A program made the position numbers and the translations under genes. Shown piece by piece: positions 36,501 through 60,200 of a stretch of DNA of 64,000 bases; position 1 is the first letter of the stretch, and every line of letters begins with the position of its first letter. Below the pieces are notes generated by a model. It did not search any database and was not told where the DNA came from. It worked only from the letters and a program-made list of their open reading frames with translations. Source of the stretch: Pelomyxa schiedti (lineage: Eukaryota > Protista > Evosea); NCBI GenBank assembly GCA_020536535.1, contig JAHLWZ010000158.1:1-64000 (forward strand), in the 5' to 3' direction.

Positions 36501-38480
36501 CTGCACCAGATTTAAAATCGTTGCTTTTTTCCCCAGGTTAGACAGAGTTTCTTATTATTTCCTTACAACAACCCAGTTCAATTTCTTCCAAAATTGTTTG
36601 TTCTCTTGAGGGTGTGCAAACCTTTGGCCTTTTTCTCTCTTACCGTGGCCAGGACATTTCAAGCTCTTTAGAGCCACAAGACGCAGATTATCCTTCTCTT
36701 AACTCTGCCCTCAATAAGACTGGCCTTCTACTTACAAGAATAAATGAAAACTTCCAGGTTTGCAGTTGACTTCGTATTCTTTTTAACTGTCTTCAGTTCG
36801 TGAATCCCTTAGATATTTTGAACTGTACATCTGATGAATCTGGCCAATTACAGTCAGTGAATAAATTATCAATAAGGTGTAACACACATTAGGATAATGG
36901 GAGCCACCTTAGAGGGCCTTGTTGACAAGCTGACCCACCACAATATCACAGGTAGATAATCTTTAAAAGCAGTTTTCCTTTACGTTCGACAGATCCAGGA
37001 TTCCGGGAGGTGTTTTTGCTCACTTTCCGCACTTTCACCACTCCTACTATACTCATGAAGATGCTCATAGAAAAGTAATTTTCATTGCTGATTACCTTAT
37101 TGACTATAATAACTTTTACTGGTAGAGCCAAGACCTCTGGTTCCATTTGGACTCCTAAACAACGGTGTGCATCCCTGTTTGAATATCTTTGCTCACCTTC
37201 CTAAGCATATATCATGTCCTTGACTCCTGGGTTGTAACCCATTTTTACGATTTCGTCAAAGACAAAGAAGTATTGGCGCTGCTTACCGAGTTCCTGGAGG
37301 ATACTGATGTCGTGGAAGAAAATGAAACAAATTTCAAGCAACATTTGCGGACTTTGATAACACAATTGCAGGTTCCTGCTTTTTTGCACTCATTCAGTGG
37401 CGTCACGTTGACTTTTAACTCTCAACGTACAGAATGACAATTCCAGCTCTGACAACGAGCCACCAGAACTTCCTGTAACTACCCCTGGATTCGACTTTGC
37501 TGCAATTTCTCCGGAGGAGGTAATTGGACAAATGTATTTCTTTACATTTACTTTCCCAAGGTTGCCTGTGGCCTGGCCCTTATAAGTCATGAACTTTTTT
37601 CACGTATCGGTGTTCAAGAATTCTTTGGAAAAGCATGGGAAAAATCCGATGCTGCACAACGTTGCCCAAATTTGCTGACCTTTACGGCTCGTTTCAATAT
37701 GGTTGTTCTCAAATCTTGCTTTGGTGAAACTAAGCTCCTCAGATGTCATCCTGGTCATCAACTGAAATTACAAGTCGCTCCAACAAGAACCTTCAGGTCT
37801 CCGAGCTTTGTCACATGCTAGACATTGCATCTGTAGACTTCCAGTTAGAAATCATAACATAACTAACTCTTCTTCAGCAATGTGAAAAACTCAACGATTA
37901 CTATTCTCTCACTGCAATCATTTACGGGCTCCTTTCAATTTCTGATAAATTCCGGAAACAAGTAATTTCTCCCACACTTGACACAACACTTACGAATTCC
38001 AACAGATCCCTAAGGAGCATTTAGCCCTGCTTGAGCGTATGGAGGAGTTAGTATCACCATTACGCAACTACAAAAACATGAGACAAAAAGTACAGGCCAC
38101 AAAGCCACCATGTGTACCATTTTTGGGTATGTCGAGGGTGTCAACATTTAGTACTAAGTCTGTTTGCAGCACTCACAATCAAAGACCTCACTTTCATTGA
38201 AGGTAACAAACCAAACTTTCTCTAAACTGTCCCAACTTCCCAAATCAGATGGAAACCAGGATTACATAAGGGAAGACCTCAAAGTTATCAACTTTTTCAA
38301 GCGTCGCAAGGTATCAGAAGTAATTCTGCCCATCCGGCAATACCAACAAATCAAGTACACTTGACCATATGTGTTTGCACTGCCTTTAACACCTCTAAAA
38401 GATACTCAAACATAGAGGAACCAGACTCAAATGTAATGGCCTACTTACGAATATTGAATTCTCATGCAAAAAAATCTTGA
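33580..38480 (+). CDS. RCC1-repeat + DH-like + REM + CDC25 RasGEF protein
   Basis: RCC1: GANVNGRLGLG, VSCGAYNT, VALGTYH, VACGDSH. DH C-terminus: DLKSLLFSPVQ...DADYPSLNSAL...INEN. REM: GATLEGLVDKLT...DPGFREVFLLTFRTF. CDC25: PPCVPFL...DLTFIE...INFFKRR. Confidence 0.85.
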
Positions 38481-38538
38481 TAAAAGTAGTGTATCCCCGC
38501 ACTTTATTTGGTCAAAAATGGTGTGCCGTACTAGCACA

Positions 38539-41500
38539 TCACAGCCCTTGTAAAAATGCAAAATATTTTTGTAGCACAGCCGCAGTGATTGGAGGGCTGA
38601 GGCCAGCCACTTTCTGTGTGTTGTCACTCTGAACCGTTTCTTGTTCCTTTGTTGAATCAAATGGCAGAAGCACAAGTGGTTGTCCAGTCCCATTTCCTTC
38701 TTCTTCCTGTTGCTGACTGTTGTTGTCCCTTGTGCTGTGGTGGTGGGCCAACAGAGGCCACAGGGCACAGTCTTCACAACACGAAACGGCACGGCACCAT
38801 TGGTGGTATGATGAGGATATGGCACAGGGTGTGAGTTGCTGGGGTGAATTTGCCTCTGTTGGTGATATAGAAGAAGCTGCAGAGGCCAGGGTGGACAATG
38901 ACACGGCTGGGCCTACAAAGTGGAACGACTGGTACTGGGATTGGCGGGGCCTGCTGGGTGATTCTTCAGCGTCCCGGGTCGTTGTGGTTGTGGCGGTTGT
39001 TTCTTGTTCTGGCTCCGCATTGGATTCAGACTCGATAAGCGGAGGAGTGTTATTTGCATTTGTTGTCATGTAATCGGGAAGAGCGGCCAATAAGCAACCC
39101 TGAGCGACCCAGTCCACTGGCGCCATGGATGTAAATACAGCTTCGCAATCGGCTCCAGAGGGAGGTGGTATCTTGCCTTTCAAATGCAGTAAGGTAGCTA
39201 AAAGTCTATTCACGGAATCAGAAGGGTTAAGAGCCCCTGTTTGTGTACTGCCGGCAATAGTCCCAGGTCTAATAACTAAGGGGAAAGGTTATTTCTTAAA
39301 GTGCTGAAATTTGTACCTACCAACCACGTTCATTCCTAGCCTGAATGCTTCGAGTAGCATCATTTCAGCTATCCGCTTTGATCTGGAGTATGGATCCATT
39401 TCAGATAAGGATACTCGTCCCAGTTGAAAGTCCTCTGGTATTGGTCCATTGGCTGTTTCATCACGGTGGAATACAGAGATAGAAGATATGTACACTAGCC
39501 TTTTTGGGCAACCTTTACAGCAAATTCGTATTGCTTCCAGGGTACCGTTTACATTTGGTTGTCGAATCTGGTTATAGGTAAGTGCACTCGATGTGGAGGC
39601 TGCACTATGTATCACTAGGCTGGTTCTTTCAGTAACTTCAACCCATTCCTCACGTGGAAGACCCATCTTGTTTTGGGAAATGTCTCCGGGAACGCAGTGT
39701 ATACGTGAAAACAGTTCCTCCTCTAAACTTACCCTATATTTTGCAAGACTATTTTTCAAAACATCGATTGCAGTGGAGTTACAGGGAACCCTCACTAGGC
39801 ACCAAACATCACAGTTTGTGAGCAAGAGAATTTGTTGCAGAATATGTGCTCCAAGAAGGCCAGTTCCACCAGTAAGGAATATACCTCCGTTTCCTTCATA
39901 GTCTGAATTGTTGACTATCCCAGACTTAATTTTGGATGGAAGTTCCCACTCCAAATCCCATCCAAAGGGGCTGGGAGGTTGTTCAGTTGCTATCATACCT
40001 GGATGGTGTCGCCCTTTTCTTGTGGCATCCACTACACTGCGAAGCGTAGGACCAAGCCCATTTTGGCCAATAAGAGCATGTGGTTCAACACGAACACCAA
40101 GCGCTTTAGAAAGGGCGGCAGAGAGCTTGATTGCACGAATACTGTCCACACCAACACTGGAAAGTGGTGCATCCACATCTGCCTTCCCTTCGTTTATGTG
40201 GAAATTAGCCATAAAAATCTGCCGTGCCAACTCCAAATCACCACTGATATCATCTGTATCTTTTGGAACTGCCAATGGGATATCCACAAATTCTTCTGCA
40301 AGCTTCTCACATTCAGACCCAAATCTCGCAGACAGGGCATGTCTATTGACTTTCATGCTTGGTGTGAGGTAGTTGTGCTTGGTCCAGTCCTCTGTATTGA
40401 GAATGACGGTGTGGGGAATTTCATGGGGTTGAAGCCTATGGGCCTCAGCTATGGCACAGACCTCCTCTCTAATGAGTTGTACCAGCTCATTGGACTGGCC
40501 TATAAGTTGTATTTTAGACTCCAGTGAATCTGGAATCTGTGCAGTAAGTGCACCTCTACTGAAAGCTCTTGAAAGCAGAACGTCAATATTCGGGACAACA
40601 ACAGCAGCAACGCAGGTCATCAAACCACTTGCATAAATAAAGATATTAGAAACTAATGGTGATGCCGAGTACAGCTGCTGCAAGTATTCAGGCGCCACCC
40701 AGATGCTCTGAGAAAGTTTTATGGCAAAACCAGTGCGGTCAATTATTTTAATTCTCCTAGTAGATTGATCATATTCAACAATATCTCCAGTGCAAAAATA
40801 GCCATCAGGGGAAAATTTGTCATTAGTGGCACTTTCATCAGTATAGTAACCTGCAGCCATATCATCTGTTTTCACCCACAACACACCTCGGGGAGGAACA
40901 TCGGTCGAGAAATACCCAAGATTAGGGCAGTCTTGCAGCCGGACATTCACACCAGGTTTTACTTTTCCATTTTTTGCTATATTTCCGGCTTCAGTTGTGC
41001 CATATCCTTCAGTAACTTCACACTGAGAGAAACACTTTCTCAGCCATTCCACTAAATGTGGGGGTGTTAGAGCACCACCAACAGAGATTCCATCAACACG
41101 ACTCCCGAGCGAAGTACCGTAGTCTTGTAAAAGTCTTTCTTCTACTTGCTCGTATCTATCTGGGAGTGTGGCCAACTTGAGTTTATCTAAGTCAGATATA
41201 AATTTGGAATACAGAACATTCCAAATCACTGGGGGGGCTTGCAGGAATGTAGGCTCAAGTTTTTTCACTTCTTCAAAGAAGTTGCCCATGTTTCCGGTAG
41301 AAAACCCCAGTCTCCCTCCGCCAGCCAGAACTGCTATCATTCTGTGGTATTGCGAGCTGTAGGGCAAGGGCATGTAAATAAGTTCCACATTTAATGCACT
41401 GGGATATACAAATACAATCTCTTTATTGAACACATGGCTTGGAATTGCTGCCGCTTTTGGAGACCCCGAACTCCCAGACGTATAAAGAAGTGCACATACA

Positions 41501-42531
41501 GCTTCAGGGTCATCTTCAATTACAGGTCTCCATGTTGAAGAGGCCTTGTACCTGTTTTGAATGTCCGACCACAAGAACTGTTCACAGGTTTGAATCGGAT
41601 CAGGAGGAATTGCTTGCGGTGTGCTGGAGGGATCGGGCATAATAACCAGTAATTTGATACCATTGCATTGGATGTACGGCACAACAAACTTGGAAAGAGA
41701 TACCGAACAGAAAACAATGGTGGAACCAGAGTGATGCAGAATCTCCGGCAAAGCAGAAGTGGGAGAATTCCCCGATAGAGCGATCGGCACAAAGACCGCA
41801 CCAGAGAAAATGCATGCAAAATTCGCTATGCACCACAGGGGACTGTTGGGAGCCAAAATCACAGCTTTCACCCTCCCCTGCCTCTCAAAGGCCGCACGCT
41901 CGCCTCCTATTTTTTCCACCAGGAAGCTTCCCAGTGCCCTGGACTGCCTATAGACATCATCATACAGCATCCAGTCATACCCCTGCACCACGGCCCCATC
42001 GCCGCCGTCGCCACCGCAGTTGCAACTTGAAACAGGCAAGTTCCGGCTCAAAACAGGGGTTCCAAACAGTGGCCTGTGCCTGTACTTGAGCAGCCGGGAG
42101 CACAGGGAGCGAGCAAGTGACTGGTGTACGGCATGCCGGGCACCCACAACTGACGGAATGAGCTCCAATGCACAATGACTAATGTCTCCCACATTCACAT
42201 TATGGGTGTGGCTCTGAGCGGGACCGGCGAGGCAGTGTGCGTCCCAAACAGAAGGAGAGGCCCAGCAGGATCCACACAGGTCGTAGCTGACATTGGACCT
42301 CGCAGAGCATGTGGCACAGTGATACCTCGCCGCGTCATTGTCTATATTGTTTCTGTTTTTGAGAGTCAAATGCCAAAACAAAAAAAAAAGGATGGGGAGT
42401 TGCTGTTTTCACTCTTACTTGCAACCGTCACAGCGATACAACGCAGAAGTTCCCCTCTCAGCTGCTGAGAATTTGGAAGTGAACAGATCGCAATTTGGAG
42501 GTGGCGAGAGGCACCTTACGGTCCTCATCAT
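38539..42531 (-). CDS. ZZ zinc finger - adenylation - carrier (T) - thioester reductase; carboxylic acid reductase/NRPS-like enzyme
   Basis: Exon 1 from ATG 42531, intron 42418-42353, gives CDGC...RYHCATC...YDLCGSC...H...H. A domain: YTSGSSGSPK, EGYGTTEAG, LGYFSTDVPPRG, GYFCTGD. T domain: GVDS. R domain: LTGGTGLLG, HSAA, PNVNGT, YSRSK, then IRPGTIAG after a short intron near 39320-39276. Confidence 0.9.
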
Positions 42532-42585
42532 TTTTTCTCGATTTTTCCAGGAACAAGCTCTGCTGTTAAATCAGGCAAAATCTTA

Positions 42586-42840
42586 CACCAGAATTTTGCA
42601 GTGTTGATATTGGACGTTTCAGTCAAAAAACGGCATAATGAATGAAAAATAAAAACAACCAACAAAAAACAAGTTTATCCACTGGGCGCACCCAGTGCAT
42701 TTCGTTTGATTTTGATGATAGTTTTCGTTTTTTGTTTGTGTGGCTGGTTTTTGACTGAAACGTCCAATAGATGAGTGGAATACCCGGGAAGCAAAAAAAA
42801 GTGTTTCCCGGCCAACACTGGAATTTTGTAAATTCCGGTG
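42586..42840. mobile_element. Nested MITE-like inverted repeats upstream of the CAR-like gene
   Basis: Perfect 22-bp IR TATTGGACGTTTCAGTCAAAAA (42608-42629 / 42748-42769), central hairpin CACTGGG-cgca-CCCAGTG, and an outer imperfect IR with CACCRGAAT ends. Confidence 0.7.
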
Positions 42841-42922
42841 TGAATAAATAGTTTTTACATTCCTACTGCCAAAGTGGGAGTTGGTTTTAGAACTGTGTTT
42901 GGTGGTTGTTGCTTGTTCGAAT

Positions 42923-45900
42923 TCAGAGAGCTGCTGGAGGCCGTAATGCTTTGCGTAGTGCCCTGCGGTTTCGAATGGTAACTACTTGCACATAAAGATA
43001 AAAAAGCCCAATAAGACCCAGCACTAATCCAGGTACCCCGATGCAGAATCCAATGACCCACTTCTTCCAGGTTGCATCAGGGCCTAGGTTATGGGAGTGT
43101 CACATTATTGCTTATGTTGTTTGTGGTGTTTGATTTCAAGAAGCTTACATGTTTTTGTGATGGAGACTGTATAAAGCCATGTTTCACTTGCATCCAGTGT
43201 ACAGTTCTGGGCTACTACAACAACATATGTTACATTCACAGTAGGTGTGAATCTCTTTTCCTGCCCACACTTTTTGTTTTAGTAAGCAGTTAGATGTTTT
43301 CTTTTCTTTGAAGACATACAGGCCAGACATCAATGCATGTACCATTCTCAGTGGAGAGCTCTATCAAACATGTAAAAGTTTTTCCAATGGAAACAAGTTC
43401 TATACAGTCTCCATCACCAACGAATTTGAAGAAGTTCGCTTCAGTAAAAAATGAGAAATGAAGCAAATACCACATTCTTACCAAATCGGGAACTGGAGCA
43501 TGGAGTGGGTAAGAAGAGAGAACCAGCAACCCCTTGGTTATTATTTTTTAGGTAATTTGTCGCAGTGTACGGGATGAACACAAGCTGGGCATCAGAAAAA
43601 ACATTGTTTGAAGGAAGCGAGATCTTCTCAACTACAGTGAGGGTATAGTAACCATAGTTAATTGGCTCTTTCTGGAGAACTCCAACTATGCACACTTGGT
43701 CCGGCAAGCAGTATGTATCATGCGGTTCATCGTTGCACTTTAATTTATTGAGTCATGTTGGCGGCAAAACATCAAACTTACTGGGAAGTAGTTCCAACAA
43801 GTGCAGTCATCTCGATAAATTTCAATATAACAATCAAAGTCAGAAACCACCGCAAATGAAAAAAAAAAAACGGAATCAGTTTCTTTAAGTACTTGATAGA
43901 ACTTTCCTTTTTCTTCTTTAGTGATCACCGTAAGAAGTTAGTTCTTACCACTGACAAGATTGCTTGTGCAATGAGACTCGATCTGATAAATATCTGGCAT
44001 AATTGTGGAAGATACCACAAAGGGAAGGTTTTTGAACTCCGCTGTTTCACATAGGACATTGTAAAAGGCACCTTCAAAGGAGGTCAGATTTGAGCTTCAA
44101 TGATGTTTGGGCATCCAAACTTTGTTGGGACTCTACTGCCAAGCTATATGCCCCTGCTTCCAACTCGTAGGTTTGTGTAACTCCAATAATGTACTGAAAT
44201 CCATCTAGTGATTGGAAACTGTACAACTCTCCGTAGTCCTAAGTAAAGGAATTCGGAAGTGGCCTAGACAAAATGGAAAGGGTAGAAATACCTGTGGGTT
44301 CCAGGTATTCATGCATCCACACAAAGTTGTGTATAGACCAATCTTTACTGTATAATCGGAGAGAAAATAAATGTATATCAAGGAGCCATCCCCCTTGAAA
44401 CTGAAGAAATGAGCTGCAGGTTATTCATCAGTTCGTGTTGGATGTTGGTTAAAGTACTTCTGACTAGGTCATCAAAGCAAGATGAGATTGTGGCGTTAGT
44501 TAAAGGACCCATTTCTTCGGTGACAGTAAAGGGGAGTGCTAGTCGTTTAGGAGTAGAACATGTAGTAAAATTTGGGGTTGTTTCCACGTCTTTTTTTTTG
44601 TCATGAAATTAGGGTCACTGGAACAAAGAAAATCTACAAATTACCAATTGAAATGGTGTACTGCCCCCAATCAGTGAGAGCATATTGACCCACTACGAGA
44701 TACAACTCTTCTCCGGGGGTTGTCTGATAGGAGGCAGGCTCGTCCCTCTGCTGAGGAGTAAAGATTTGTCACAATTGGATAGCTGAGGGGTAGACTACAT
44801 TCCAATAGGCCATACACGTGCAATCAGAGGTGGTGAGCATTCCACGAGAAAAGAAATTCGAAGTCAATGTGAAGGACAATAAATCGCCCGTTCCAACAAT
44901 CCTATAATAGTCGGCTAAAATCAACAGGGAGAATTAGCAGTGAAGGCATCACAGCACGTACTCACCATATTGGTAACCAAAACAAGGCGTAGGAAGAAGT
45001 TGATCCTTTATTTCTAACACATGTGTAATCACAGCAGGGACTGTGAGGTTCACTGCTGTACTTCTATCGCAACCAGTTTCGTCTTGAACGCAAATTTAGG
45101 AAATAAATTCTAGTGCGCTGTGCTAGTGAACATACTGGCAGGAATAACACTAAGATTCCATTGATAGTTACCAGTGGAGATGCCATCTAACGTAGATATC
45201 AGAAATACAAACTCAGTACCCACTTCAGGTATGGGATATGTGAGAGTTTTCGGCTACTTAATGTTACAACCAAATCAGGAAGAAAGAAGGAATACCCGAA
45301 AGCCAACATCGCACTCGCAATCAGGAGTCAAAACCTCGGCATAACAAAGGTAATCACACCAGAGAGTAACCTGCAGAACTCCTATCGACGATGTTCTGAA
45401 TCTATAGTAGTAGCCTGAAGAGAAAATAAACAACACTTTAACTGGACGAGCGATTACCAGATCGAGAGTCCGTTTTGGCACATTGATCAGGAAGTAATGG
45501 AAGGCCACTTACTAAGGTGCCCTCAATAATAACATTGTTCCCTGAAATAAGTTCTGCATTTCCACAAGTAGCATGGGAAGTGGGGGTATCTCCAGTGAGT
45601 GCCACATTTACTTCGAAAAACCCATAGTCCTCCTGCGAATACTGTGCAATCACCAAATCAACTAAGTCGTTTTCCCTCACAACCAGAGATTGTGTGCCTG
45701 AGCACTAAATATTTATTATAATGTGAAGTGATCAAATTAGAAACGTGCATTCCACGAAACTCTACATTGGCATGCAGGAGTTGCAATCTCAGCCCTGCAT
45801 TCGAAATTTGCGGTAACTGAAATTTTCAGGGTACCAGGTGCAGTCAATGAAAGCTGATACAAATTCCCTTTCAAAGCCGAAGTGAGTATACGTTATGTTA

Positions 45901-46304
45901 ACTTATGTTTCCTAACATTATGAATAAATTTTTAATGGTGTTGTCTCCGGGGAAAAACCAGAAAGTAGTTCTCCAGGATGACAAGGAGTGGATGTGTTTC
46001 TCACAGAATCGGCAAGAAAAGAGCCCCTGTCACAAAATGGGAAAGTGGCCACTTGGAAACCTTGTCCATTACATATAGGCTGCAAGACAGACTTTCCCTC
46101 AACACCCAATCTACGTTACAGGGGTAATAAAATAAAATAATATAAAATAACATAAAATAAAATAAAAACCAGAGAGAGGGCATGAACATAAAGTAAGGAA
46201 AACGACAACCATTCGCCACCATACCCGTATAAAATACAACATGAAGTGCACGCAGCGACGCACACGAGCAGCCACTGCAATGCACCACTACCGTACACCC
46301 TCAT
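42923..46304 (-). CDS. Type I membrane surface protein with Cys-containing beta repeats (SprB-like)
   Basis: Hydrophobic N-terminus (LQWLLVCVAAC); repeats such as QPICNG, HATCG, VQDETGC and LEAGAYSLAV; C-terminal TM WVIGFCIGVPGLVLGLIGLFYLYV followed by RNRRALRK. Exons only partly resolved. Confidence 0.6.
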
Positions 46305-46553
46305 CGTCGTCGTACTCTCGTCTCCCCAGTTGCCTCCCGTGCCCCACGACCCACACAAACCGAAATAAATAGCCTGCCTGTCCACTGGCACGTTTGGATA
46401 AAATTAAACGGCGATGAAAGTGTTTATTGTTGTTCAGTAAACGTGCAGGAACTGAGCTCCTGCACGCCAAATGGGCTGGTTGAAGTTTGACGTGGATGTG
46501 CGTGCCTGTGTTGAACGGTGAGGGACCGTGGGGGGGGGGGGATGAAACCTTAG

Positions 46554-56959
<10,406 letters not shown>

Positions 56960-57213
56960 CGGTGCCGCACGTGTGTTAGACGAGGTGGCTAGAGCGAGAT
57001 TAAAGACGTTGAAAAGTTGGGCCAAATAGATATCAGATCTGAGCCGCCACCTGCCTCAAGACTCAGACCTGCCAGCAAGGCTCAGCAGAATCTATTGGCC
57101 GACGGAATAAAGCCCCTCAGGTGTGGGTTGACAGGCGAAAGATTGGCAGGAGTAAGTCCCCTGCCCGGAAAAGCGGCCACCCTTCAATCGGAGATTTGTA
57201 TTTTTTTTTAACA

Positions 57214-60200
57214 ATGTCACTGCTGCCCAAGAATGGTACCACTCTTTGTGCGAGCGTCTTTTGCTTTTGTCCTGTCCCTTCTTCTGTTTTTCCCTGCATG
57301 CACAACTTCTACTACACAACCGTGTTAACAAATCCCCTTTGTTGCAGCAGCGGCGGAGTTGACTGTTAAAAATGCGCGGCTCATTTTTGAGCCAAAGTCA
57401 CCTCCTGTGTCTATTGTTCCACCGCTCAAGGCGAGCAGTCCATCTCCACAACCCTCTCAGGTACCCCTTTGTGGTCATTCATTCATTTCCAGTTTTTTCC
57501 CTCACCTGTGCTGCTATAATTTCCTCTTGGTGTGCACTTATTTGCTACTTCTCAGACACGATATACTGAGAAACTAAAAGAAGTGGAAGCCCACTTGAAA
57601 GAAGAAGTTAGATCGACTTCGCAGTGAAATTGATACTCACACACAAAAAAGCAATCCAAGAATCTCATTTTGAAGAGAGAAAAACAACTTCTCCAAACTG
57701 AGGTTGAAAACCTCAAGTCGTTGTTGACTGCAAATAGCATTCCAGTCCCTGCTAGTCCCACAATGACCATTTCACTTTCAAGTTCATCTTCCCTTGGTCC
57801 ATCAGATTGTTATGCTGAAGAGCAGCACAGAAGAAGGGTTGAGACTTTTCTTTTTTTTGTTTGGCTTGAAGTTTACTCCGAATACAGGCATCTGAAACAG
57901 AAGATAAAACTCTCCTTCTGAAATTGTCTCTTTAATGTAGATATTCTATTTCCTTACATTTCTGCAGGCTTGAATCGAAGAGGTCAACAGAACTAGGAAA
58001 TGAAATCACCTCACTAAAAAAAGAGCTGAGTCAGGTATTCCGAGGTTCCTTGCACATTTCTTACACTAAGAGTCAGGCTGAAGACAAGATAAATGAGGTC
58101 AATAAGCAGTTGTACCAAGCCATTGAAGAAAAAAATTTATTGCTAAGTCTCATGAACGAAAAAATGACTAAACTGGATAAAACTAAGAAGAAAATGGACG
58201 AACTTGAGTTGCAAGTTGAAGAACACAAGGTAATCTGTTGTCTATTGGAGTTCATTCCAATTACTTCACAGAAATCCCTTCAAAATGAAGGTAGTAGAAC
58301 AGCTTCCGCTGTAGCTGAAAGAGAAGAGCTTCATTCAACTATTACCAACCTAAAAAACTCTGTTGAAAATCTGGAAAACGAAAACAAACTCCTGGTAACT
58401 ATCAACGAATACTATTTGATCTCAAAAAGTTCTTTCTTCACTCAGAGAGAACAAGAAAGTGTACTTCTTGAGAGAATCAAAGCTGAAACTAGTAAGAGGT
58501 CTGCTCCTCCTGTGATAAGGTTAGGGTAACAAATCTCCAGGATTGATCTTGAAAAGAATAGAGAATCAGACCAACAAAAAATTTTCCAACAACACCAAAT
58601 AATTCAAGACCTGGAATCAAAAAATGAGTCCCCACAGACTGCCTCTAACCCTGAAGCACTGATGTCCGCATAAATCTTCTCTTCTTCATGTAATATATTT
58701 TAGTCAACCAAGAAATCTTGAGCAAATCCTTGACCAGAACAACAGTTCTAGCTCTGCTTTGAAGGAAGAAATAAAAGTTCTAAAGGAAGAACTGGAGGCT
58801 AAATCCAAGCTCGAACAAGAAGTCATTGTGTGCAGATGGAAGTATTTAATTCATTCCTCAATTCCATTAGATGGCAACACAAAATTTCATGCAAGCAGTT
58901 CAAAAACAGAAGGAAGCCCATGAAAGTGAAAGACAGGAGTTGTACAAAAAATTAACCGAACAAAAACAAGAGTACACTGATTTGAAATCTCGATACAAGT
59001 ACCAACGAATTCCCTTACCTACATCTAAGTATATCATACTGTTATAAGTACTTACATTTCAACAAGAGCATTGATGAGACAACACTCAGCTGCTGAAAAT
59101 TCAGCGCCAGTGGAGTCTACCACAACGGAAAGAGAACTGGTGTGTATTTTTCCCTGACTACATTTCAGTTACATTCGTGTAGCGCCGAAAACACTCCAGT
59201 CGATCTGGGTTCTCCCTCTCCCCTGATCCAGTCTAAACTTACTTGCTATAGATCTGAGTCCTCCTCACTCTGTAGCAGTGAAGTTAATTACAATTCCCGT
59301 TCAAGTAGCCCCTGTGTGGAAGCTGCGGCGGCAACCATCAGCGGGCTTGTGAACGAGCTTATTGTAAGTGGTATGTAAGATATTAACCCGTTGTCGTTCT
59401 TACATTATGAAGAGGATACTTTTATACGGCAACTATATATACTTCGAATCGAATTTCTCAAACCAATGGTCAGTTTCCCAGATGATACATGCCCTATTAC
59501 TGAGTGTCACAATGTAAGTGTAAACAAAACTTCCTGGAACTGAAACTTTTTTGGAAGGTTCACAATTCTGTTGATGTACTCATTACTGCAAATTCACATT
59601 TCAAAGAATTGATGACCTGCGTAGCTCAAAAAACATTGCCTCTGAATTCTGCTTTCACGTTTCTTGTATTTACCTTCCATTTTGGCACCAACTTCTAACT
59701 TTTTCCTCCCTCCCTCATCCTTGGGCAGTGTGATAGCTTCAAGGTTTTCAGCCCCTCCTTTTTTCCCTCCTAAATTTTCCAAGGCATACAGAACATATTA
59801 CACCAGTTACGACTCAGCTGTAATCCATCTTAAAAATGGGTACAGAACAAATAAAAATTTCAGAAGAAGTCTAAGTGAGGTATGAAAAACCCATTGCATG
59901 CTGTGTAAATTGATCATTTACAAGTTAGAAGCAAAGGCAGCACCAAATTTGCCTTCTCCTGTCACTTCTCCCACCAAAACAGGAAAAATTTTCTTTGGTC
60001 TACTTCGGCTTCCCCTTTCAAGTAATTATGTTATTACATAGCACCTCACCCAACAAATAAAAGGAATTTCCGAATACTTATCATTCATGGAAAAAATTTT
60101 TCATGTTGACATTCAGAAACCTGAGCCACTCGTACAAGCACACAACTCTCTCAAATCGTTTGTAACTGAAGTTTCTTCAAAGGTTTTTTCCCTCCCCCTC

